Shown piece by piece: positions 19,174 to 26,090 of a DNA stretch of 64,000 nucleotides. Within the stretch, counting starts at the first letter, position 1. Each line of letters opens with the position of its first letter. The stretch spans positions 3,199 to 67,198 of the forward strand of contig JALRBS010000118.1 in NCBI GenBank assembly GCA_023262325.1. The letters are read 5' to 3'. This DNA comes from Ilumatobacteraceae bacterium (lineage in GTDB: Bacteria; Actinomycetota; Acidimicrobiia; Acidimicrobiales; Ilumatobacteraceae). The notes beneath the pieces were generated by a model that saw only the letters and a list, made by a program, of their open reading frames with translations, did no database searches and had not been told where the DNA came from. A program made the translations under genes and the position numbers.

Positions 19174-20759
19174 TACTTCACATCGGCGACGAGTACCGAG
19201 GGGACGTGGAGGTGGGTGATCGTGGGGGAGCGACCGACAACATCACTTGCCAGTTCGAACGCGTCGTCGAGGGTCGAGGCCGGGGTGAATCCCATTCGGC
19301 GCACTGCCACTGGATCTCCACCGACGATGATGACTCTTCCGGCCCATTGCTGGCCGTGAGCACCCCAATACCAGGCGTAGAACGGGTGTACGCCGTGATA
19401 CGCGTTTCCGGTTCGGTAGAGGTGTCGGTACCACTCGTCCTCGGCGTATCGCTTTTCCCACTTCTCCGACATGACAACAGGGTCGGTGGTGTCAGCGAGA
19501 ACTTCATCAAAAAAGTCGATGTAACTCGGATGATGCACGGGATGGAAATCGCGGTAGGTCGGGTGCGTCATGATGACGACGCCTCCTTCGCGAACCAACG
19601 GTTTGTTGCGATACATGTTGAACATGTACCCAAGACCCATACACATGACGAGGATCGGATTCATGATCGACTCGGGGTTGTACGGACTGATGAACGGAAC
19701 TCCGAGGGTGAGAATGTCGGTTTGACCTTCGACTTCGACAAGGTGTTGACGGTAGACGTCATCCAGAGTTCGCTCATGAACTGATTCGGTGAACCCCGCG
19801 TGAATACCGGTCATCGCATACGGCGCTTCGATGCCGTGGAAAATCTTGCGTGCTGCCCGGCGTGGCAGGCGATTCAGGGTTTTCGATGTCGCAAGAAATG
19901 TTGCCCGATCGCGAGCCGTCCATTCCCATTCTCGTTTGGAGAGAAAATCGAAGGGTGATGGAAATGCGTCAGTGTTGATTGTGGTCTCAATTTGAAAGAT
20001 CTTTGGTCCGTGATCTCGAAGCACCTTTCCGAGTCGCCAGATCGAGTGGTGCAGCGCCGAGTGGTGACGGTCCATGAGGCTTCGCGTATTTCGTAATGAC
20101 TCGGGATTGTGATGGTGGCTGAGACAGCGGTACGACGCAACGCCGGTGACGAGCGATTTCCAGCCGCCATCCATCGCAACCTGGTTGACATTCGCGTACA
20201 CCACTAGGTCGGATTCGGCGACACGGCGATTAATTTCAAGCACTTCTCCGTGGTCGGTTGTTCCGAGCACCGTGAGATTCTCGGGATCCTCAGCATCGTG
20301 CTGGTAGAGGGTTCCCGCAGGAGCAAACGCATCGTAAATTCGACTGCCAAGCACATGACGCAATTCGTATTCGTGCATGCGTCGGTGCAGACCGAGCGCC
20401 GCAATGATGTGGACATCATCGACACCAGCTTCTGCGGCGAGGTTGAGCACGGCCTCAATGACTCGCTGGCGCGAGTCCGGACGTCTCATCTTTGGCAATG
20501 AGAGGCTCGCGTCGTCGAAGCAGATTGTTAACTTCATATTCGGCACGAGCAGCGCCCGAAGCGGTTCCATGTCGATCGGGTTGTCGAGCGCATGGCGAAT
20601 TGCGCCACCGACGTCGCTGATTCCGGGAAATGGTTCAGCCGGATAGATCACTCGGCTCCGGTCGGATGGAAGACGTTCAAGACTGAACTTCTCTCCATGC
20701 CAAAAGAGCATCGGGGGAGTCGAACGGTCGACATCGAGTACGAATCCTGGGCGTGGCAT
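19173..20759 (-). CDS. LarA-like (DUF2088 / lactate racemase N-terminal domain) protein, function unknown
   Basis: 528-aa ORF. The N-terminal half resembles LarA-type proteins (KLTICFDDASLSLP, IIAALGLHRRM, DLVVYANVNQVAMDGGWKSLVTG, SHHHNP). The start and stop codons each overlap a neighbour by 1 nt. Confidence 0.6.
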   Translation of the reverse strand: MPRPGFVLDVDRSTPPMLFWHGEKFSLERLPSDRSRVIYPAEPFPGISDVGGAIRHALDNPIDMEPLRALLVPNMKLTICFDDASLSLPKMRRPDSRQRVIEAVLNLAAEAGVDDVHIIAALGLHRRMHEYELRHVLGSRIYDAFAPAGTLYQHDAEDPENLTVLGTTDHGEVLEINRRVAESDLVVYANVNQVAMDGGWKSLVTGVASYRCLSHHHNPESLRNTRSLMDRHHSALHHSIWRLGKVLRDHGPKIFQIETTINTDAFPSPFDFLSKREWEWTARDRATFLATSKTLNRLPRRAARKIFHGIEAPYAMTGIHAGFTESVHERTLDDVYRQHLVEVEGQTDILTLGVPFISPYNPESIMNPILVMCMGLGYMFNMYRNKPLVREGGVVIMTHPTYRDFHPVHHPSYIDFFDEVLADTTDPVVMSEKWEKRYAEDEWYRHLYRTGNAYHGVHPFYAWYWGAHGQQWAGRVIIVGGDPVAVRRMGFTPASTLDDAFELASDVVGRSPTITHLHVPSVLVADVK

Positions 20760-21955
20760 CAGTGCGTACCTCTCATATCAAAAGCGATTTTGATTGCTCC
20801 CCGCCGACCCGCTGATGCGGCGTGGGCAAGGGCTTGGACATGGTCCTCAAGGGGATAGGTCGCCGAGACGAGACGCTCGGCGCCGATGTGTCGTGCGAGT
20901 TGCATTGCGAGGTCGAATGTTCGAACGTCCTTGCCGTCAACGTGTTCCGTGCCGTAGGTGTAGGAACCAAGCAACGCGATTTCCCGATGCCAGAGCCCGG
21001 TGAGGTCGAGGCGAACATCGCCGGGCAACCCGAGAAGCACGACGGCTCCTCTCGGGCGAGTCACCTCGATGGCCTGGCGAACTGACGACGCGTCACCAAT
21101 CGCGTCAATGGTCGCATGAGATCCCGATGACAGGTGGCTGCCGATCCGGTGTGAACCAGAGAGCCGACGAACGGCACGGGGGAGTTCGTCGCCAGACGCA
21201 AGGACGTCTGCGCCGAATCCCCTTGCGAGACGCATCTGTTGGGGGTAACGAGCGGAGGACACGATTCGTGCGTTCGGAACGGCTGCGCGCAGCGCCGCGA
21301 TCGCACCAAGACCCATCGTTCCCGCTCCAAGCACTACGAATATTGGTGACTCCGTGTCGCCGAGGTGTCGGTTCTCATGGTGGTTCGCGATGAGCGCCGC
21401 GTGAACCGAACCGGCGAGTGGTTCGATGAGCAGCGCTGTCTCATCGCTCATGTCGGCGGGAACGTCATGTAGTTGCGATTCGTGCGCCCAAAACCACGGC
21501 GCCCAACCGCCACCGGTCGAGCAGCAGAACCCTGTTTGGATACCCGGTTCGAGCGGTCCAGTCGCGAGGTGGGCGTAGTCATCGCCGTCGGCAGGCGCGG
21601 CACCTTCCCAGGGTGGCTTCGCTCCTCTCGCAGCGTGGCCGAGCACCGGTTCAATAACGACGCGGCGTCCCGAGTCGGTCTCGCCGACGATCTCGTGGCC
21701 TGGAACAAACGGAAATGACACAAAGTCTTCGAAGTAGGTCGACGCGTGTCCATCGATAAGCGCAAGGTCGGAACCGCAGATTCCACACATACGCGTGGTG
21801 ACTTTGTTCCACCCTTCACCGGATGGTCGCGGCGGATCGTCAATTGATCGATACTCGACCGGAGCAACTCTGACGCTCGTCGAGGGGCTTGTCACCGACA
21901 ACAAACGTGCCATGCCGAATCGGCGCACGCTGTGGTGGACCTGAAGCGCCTTCAT
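20759..21955 (-). CDS. zinc-dependent alcohol dehydrogenase (MDR) family protein
   Basis: 398-aa ORF with CGICGSD and GHE catalytic-zinc motifs and a GAGTMGLG Rossmann fold. I could not find the usual structural-zinc Cys cluster. An ATGA overlap joins it to the upstream gene. Confidence 0.8.
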   Translation of the reverse strand: MKALQVHHSVRRFGMARLLSVTSPSTSVRVAPVEYRSIDDPPRPSGEGWNKVTTRMCGICGSDLALIDGHASTYFEDFVSFPFVPGHEIVGETDSGRRVVIEPVLGHAARGAKPPWEGAAPADGDDYAHLATGPLEPGIQTGFCCSTGGGWAPWFWAHESQLHDVPADMSDETALLIEPLAGSVHAALIANHHENRHLGDTESPIFVVLGAGTMGLGAIAALRAAVPNARIVSSARYPQQMRLARGFGADVLASGDELPRAVRRLSGSHRIGSHLSSGSHATIDAIGDASSVRQAIEVTRPRGAVVLLGLPGDVRLDLTGLWHREIALLGSYTYGTEHVDGKDVRTFDLAMQLARHIGAERLVSATYPLEDHVQALAHAASAGRRGAIKIAFDMRGTH

Positions 21956-24300
21956 GAGAATGACCTTCGTCGTTCACGTTCTGACAGCAGTGGCCCTATC
22001 GGCAGAAGCGATCTGGGTCCTCCGCTTGCCTTTGACCAATTCTCAACAAGCCAGCCTCGCTTGCGGGCGATCGCTGCAAGTCGAGTTTCGGGGTTCACGG
22101 CGACCGGGAATCCCACGGCCTCGAAAAGTGGTAAGTCGGACGAGGAATCGGCGTACGCAACACACTCCTCAAGTTTGAAACCTTCGGCATCGCAATAGTC
22201 GGCGAGAATTTGTGCTCGTGCCTCGCCAGTTGGCGGGACGCTCGTCATCTCTCCAGTGAGGGTGCCATCGGAACGTACCGTCATTTCTGCAGCGACGATT
22301 TCGTCAAACAGTGGTTTGAGTCCTGCCACGTTGAACGAGAGTGCGCCGGTGATGAGCACCGTTCGATGCCCAGCCGCGCGATGTTCACGAACCCTCCGAA
22401 TACCTTCAGGGAAACACTTCGAAATAATGAGCCCGGTGAGCATTGCGTCGACGTCAGTATCGATCTGTTCAATCGGTGCTCCGTCGTAGCGGCGATAGAA
22501 GTGCCGGAGAAAGTCTGTTCGATCGCGACGGTCCATGCGCAGCAGTCCTGGAGCCTCGGTGAGGGTGCGTGCGACGTATCGCAGGCGTTCGCGGCTGTCG
22601 AGTCGACGTGTCGCGAGCCAGGAGTAGCTTTCGACAACGTTAGATGCAATCAGCGTGTTCTCAAGGTCAAAGGCAGCAACATGACGCTTTGAATCGAGGA
22701 CTTGGTTCCGCAGCCGCGTTGAGCGATCGGCGGTCTTGACCTTGCCAGGCGTGCTCTTCACGCGGGCGTGTTCGACGATTGAGGGAAGGTGGATGTTGTG
22801 GACGTAATGCGCCCAGTCGACAACGCGGGGGTCGAAGGTGAAGGACTGCTGGTCTTCGACGGAAAGGCGATTCCAGATGTCCATCAGGTTGTCGACCTGG
22901 TAAATCGCCTCGCATTCGGTGTACAGCCCGTACAACTCGACGTACTCGAGCGCACGCTCAACCTCGAGACGTCTCGTCTCGAGGGTTGCTGCGAATTCCG
23001 CTTGCTTTCCACGAAGCGGCAACATCTGCATCACCGACTCGGCGCGCGTGATTGCTGACTTCGCTCGACCAAGTTGACTCTGCACACGGCCCCGACCCGG
23101 AAATCGCCACTCGGGTACAAGGATGGGCTGACCCTCGTTGTCGTACAGCGGATGCTCGGTGAACCAACTGCTGACGTGATTGACAAGCGTGCGATATTTG
23201 AGCGGGTTGATGCCCCCCGAAGCCACCTGGGTAATGAACGGCGCGTCCTTCGAACCTTGCGCTGCCACCGCAACGATGGCGGCAACGACAAGGTCAACTG
23301 GAATGACATCGATGGTGCCCTCGGGGACGCCGGGGAACTCTTTGAGTAACCCGCGCGCGTACGAAATGATGACCGGCTCCGCCATGCGGAACCCCCGAAT
23401 CCAACCGGGTCGAGGTTCCGCCCACGCAGATTCAATAATTGATGGTCGAACGATTGAGACGGGAATATCGCCCTTAGTCTCGGTGAGCGCCTGTTCACCG
23501 AGTGCCTTGGTGAATGCGTACGCATCTGGCCAGCCCACCGACGCTGCTCGGGATCGCCCGGCGGTGACAAGTTCGTCACGAACCCAACGTTCTCGAATCT
23601 GTTCCGTCTTCGCCGCTAGTGCAGGTGCGCCGGCGGCACCAAGTTCCGCGCGGGCCCGTTTTCTGAACTCGTTCAGACGCGCCGGTGTTCGTGAAGCGGC
23701 CTCGGTATCACCATGAAGTCGGCGGGCTGAATGCACTTCATCTCGCCAATTCAGCCCGATCGCAAACGGGCCCTCCGAGACGAGCTCCTCCGGCGCGGTT
23801 CCGCGACGATTACCTGCGACGTAGCAGGTCGACACCGCTACAAGGTGTGGGGCAATGTTGAGATCGTGACAAAGCTCGGCGAGACGCACGGGTCCGAGCA
23901 AGTTGATTTCGACAGCCTGGTCGAGTGGAGAATCGAACGACACAGCCGCGGCGGAGTGAATAATCGTGTCGACCGAAGAAAAAATTGACCGGCTATCCGC
24001 ATCAAGGCCAAGTCCATCCGTACTCACATCTCCCGCAATGGTGGTAATGCGTCGTGCGCACATCTCCTCAAATGACTCTTCAGACGAGCTGTAGATGTCG
24101 CGCAACCTGTCGAAGGCATCGTTGGCGAGTATTTCGCGTTGGGTTCGACGAGCGGCAGAGGTTCGGCGTCCGTCGCGCACAATCAGAATGAGTTCGCAAT
24201 CCGGGACAGCACGCAGTAGTCGTTCCACCAGCGCGGTGCCAACGAACCCCGTGGCGCCCGTGATGGCGATTCGCTTACCGGCGAGTGACGAAGAAATCAC
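21952..24300 (-). CDS. fusion protein: fatty acyl-CoA/thioester reductase-like extended SDR (N-terminal) plus HAD-IB hydrolase domain (C-terminal)
   Basis: 782-aa ORF with a GTG start. ITGATGFVG at residues 13-21 and YAFTK at 261-265 fit a male-sterility/FAR-type NAD-binding domain. The HAD motifs are FDLENT (residues 544-549), VLITGA (648-653) and YADSSSDLP (716-724). Confidence 0.7.
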   Translation of the reverse strand: MISSSLAGKRIAITGATGFVGTALVERLLRAVPDCELILIVRDGRRTSAARRTQREILANDAFDRLRDIYSSSEESFEEMCARRITTIAGDVSTDGLGLDADSRSIFSSVDTIIHSAAAVSFDSPLDQAVEINLLGPVRLAELCHDLNIAPHLVAVSTCYVAGNRRGTAPEELVSEGPFAIGLNWRDEVHSARRLHGDTEAASRTPARLNEFRKRARAELGAAGAPALAAKTEQIRERWVRDELVTAGRSRAASVGWPDAYAFTKALGEQALTETKGDIPVSIVRPSIIESAWAEPRPGWIRGFRMAEPVIISYARGLLKEFPGVPEGTIDVIPVDLVVAAIVAVAAQGSKDAPFITQVASGGINPLKYRTLVNHVSSWFTEHPLYDNEGQPILVPEWRFPGRGRVQSQLGRAKSAITRAESVMQMLPLRGKQAEFAATLETRRLEVERALEYVELYGLYTECEAIYQVDNLMDIWNRLSVEDQQSFTFDPRVVDWAHYVHNIHLPSIVEHARVKSTPGKVKTADRSTRLRNQVLDSKRHVAAFDLENTLIASNVVESYSWLATRRLDSRERLRYVARTLTEAPGLLRMDRRDRTDFLRHFYRRYDGAPIEQIDTDVDAMLTGLIISKCFPEGIRRVREHRAAGHRTVLITGALSFNVAGLKPLFDEIVAAEMTVRSDGTLTGEMTSVPPTGEARAQILADYCDAEGFKLEECVAYADSSSDLPLFEAVGFPVAVNPETRLAAIARKRGWLVENWSKASGGPRSLLPIGPLLSERERRRSFS

Positions 24301-24307
24301 AGCCCAC

Positions 24308-24313
24308 TTTCTA
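24308..24313 (-). promoter_or_regulatory. -10-like TAGAAA, 7 nt upstream of GTG 24300
   Basis: The minus strand reads TAGAAA GTGGGCT GTG. The match is imperfect because the last base is A. Confidence 0.35.
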
Positions 24314-24321
24314 TCACGTAT

Positions 24322-24346
24322 CTACCAAGTGGTAGACAACTGGTAG
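24322..24346. promoter_or_regulatory. candidate TetR operator: CTACCA-AG-TGGTAG dyad plus a third TGGTAG half-site
   Basis: ctaccaagtggtag at 24322-24335 and tggtag again at 24341-24346. The element is centred in the 55-bp divergent region between the TetR gene and the reductase-HAD gene. Confidence 0.55.
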
Positions 24347-24349
24347 AAA
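24344..24349 (+). promoter_or_regulatory. -10-like TAGAAA, 6 nt upstream of ATG 24356
   Basis: tagaaa atcggt atg. The match is imperfect because the last base is A. Confidence 0.35.
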
Positions 24350-24355
24350 ATCGGT

Positions 24356-24949
24356 ATGACTGCAGATTCAACCCGACGACGGATCCTTGAGGAGTCGCTT
24401 GACCTCTTCGGCACGCGAGGTGTCGATGGCGTCTCGCTCGACGACATCGCAGAGTCCGTCGGTGTTCGAAAGCAGAGCATCCTCTATTGGTTCAATTCCA
24501 AGGCGACGCTGGTTGATGCGGTACTCGACCATGCCGCAGACGAACTTCTCACGGTTGTCGAGGCCGCAGTGCGCTCTCGGGGAGATGACCCGTTGGCGAG
24601 GGTCGATGCGGTTGTGTGTGCGGTGTTTCGGCCCGTTGTTCGACGACCTGCGCTTCTTGGTCTCGTCCGCGAAGTGGGACGGCTCGACCCCCGACACCTC
24701 AATCATCTACGTCAGCGCCTCGACCCCGTTATTCAGGCGTGTCGGTGTTATTTCGAAAGCGAAATGCATCGGGGTCGACTACGTCGCTGTGATCCCGCAC
24801 TACTCGCCGGAATGCTCTATGCGACGGTGGCTGGCGTTGGCACCGAGCCCGTGGTGCTCGAATCCCTCGGTTGGACAGCAGACACTGCCGGACTCAGACA
24901 ACTTCGTCGCGAGCTTCGTCGCTATGTGCGTGCAACGCTCGCTCCTTGA
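24356..24949 (+). CDS. TetR/AcrR family transcriptional regulator
   Basis: 197-aa ORF with an N-terminal HTH (RRRILEESLDLFGTRGVDGVSLDDIAESVGVRKQSILYWFNSK). Confidence 0.9.
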   Translation: MTADSTRRRILEESLDLFGTRGVDGVSLDDIAESVGVRKQSILYWFNSKATLVDAVLDHAADELLTVVEAAVRSRGDDPLARVDAVVCAVFRPVVRRPALLGLVREVGRLDPRHLNHLRQRLDPVIQACRCYFESEMHRGRLRRCDPALLAGMLYATVAGVGTEPVVLESLGWTADTAGLRQLRRELRRYVRATLAP

Positions 24950-24961
24950 TGACGCCGAACC

Positions 24962-24993
24962 CTCGACCTCCTAATAACTCGACGTCCTAATAA
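24962..24993. repeat. tandem direct repeat, 2 x 16 bp (CTCGACNTCCTAATAA)
   Basis: ctcgacctcctaataa at 24962-24977 is followed directly by ctcgacgtcctaataa at 24978-24993, with one mismatch. The second copy contains the ddl stop codon (24987-24989). Confidence 0.85.
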
Positions 24994-26090
24994 TCAGTGC
25001 GGCGGCGTGCCAATTCGTGACGTTCGACTGCAAGCGTGATGAGGCGCTCAATGAGCTCCGCATAGGTAAGTCCGCTCGCCAGTACGAGCTTTGGATACAT
25101 CGAAATCGGAGTGAAGCCGGGCATCGTATTCATCTCGTTGAAAAGCACTCGCTCGGTGTCTTCTTCGTAAAAGAAGTCGCAACGACCGAGACCGGAGCAG
25201 CCAAGTGTGCGAAAAATCCGAATCGCAAGATCTCGCGTGACCGCAGCAACGTGGTGAGGAATGTCTGCTGGTATCGCCGTGCGTGATCGACCGTCGAGGT
25301 ATTTGTCGGCGTACGAATAAAACACGTCTGCCGGGATAATTTCGCCGGGTCCAAAGACTGCTGGGCTTTCATTTCCCAGCACAGCGATCTCGAGCTCTCG
25401 CCCGTTGATCGCCTCTTCGACAAGGACAGTCGAGTCGTAGGTCAAGGCGTGCTGCAGGGCCGTGCCCAACTCTTCTTCGCTTGCCACTCGAGAGACTCCG
25501 ACTGAGGAACCCATATTTGCTGGTTTCACAAAACATGGAAAGCCGAATGATTGTCGAATGTCGTGAGCGATGGCATCGGCAGTTCGATCTTCGAGTTCGT
25601 GCACACGGAGCCATCGCGGCACCTCGATACCTGCCTCTCCGACGAGTCGCTTTGCGACCGCCTTGTCCATCGATACCGCCGATCCAAGAACACCGGAACC
25701 GACATAGGCAATGTCGAGCAACTCAAGAAGTCCTTGAACTGTTCCGTCCTCACCCATTGGGCCGTGAAGGAGGGGGAGGACGACGAGATCAGACGACCTT
25801 GAACGTTCTTGAACGAGTAACTCCCACGGGTTTACGACATCGCCGACAACGGACATTTTGGTCGGTTTCTCATCTTCGGATTCGAGAGCGAACGGGTCCT
25901 CAACAACCGACCAGATGCCATCACGAGAAATTCCCACGGCGAGTGTGTCGAAAAGTTCCCTGTCGATCGCCTCAACAACGTGACGGGCAGTCGTGCAACT
26001 CACGTCGTGCTCGGCAGACTGGCCGCCAAAGAGCACGACAACGCGGGTGCGACGCTTCTTCACACGATTCACGGTACTGTCCGATGTCAT
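24987..26090 (-). CDS. ddl: D-alanine--D-alanine ligase
   Basis: The track ORF runs to 26366, but that extension is antisense to murF and has no Ddl similarity. Ddl similarity starts at RVVVLFGGQSAEHDVS. Candidate starts are ATG 26090, ATG 26099 or GTG 26072. Confidence 0.9.
   Translation of the reverse strand: MTSDSTVNRVKKRRTRVVVLFGGQSAEHDVSCTTARHVVEAIDRELFDTLAVGISRDGIWSVVEDPFALESEDEKPTKMSVVGDVVNPWELLVQERSRSSDLVVLPLLHGPMGEDGTVQGLLELLDIAYVGSGVLGSAVSMDKAVAKRLVGEAGIEVPRWLRVHELEDRTADAIAHDIRQSFGFPCFVKPANMGSSVGVSRVASEEELGTALQHALTYDSTVLVEEAINGRELEIAVLGNESPAVFGPGEIIPADVFYSYADKYLDGRSRTAIPADIPHHVAAVTRDLAIRIFRTLGCSGLGRCDFFYEEDTERVLFNEMNTMPGFTPISMYPKLVLASGLTYAELIERLITLAVERHELARRRTDY
26075..26080 (+). 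promoter_or_regulatory. -10 element TACTGT, 8 nt upstream of murF ATG 26089
   Basis: tactgt ccgatgtc atg. The hexamer lies inside or next to the first codons of ddl on the other strand. Confidence 0.35.
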
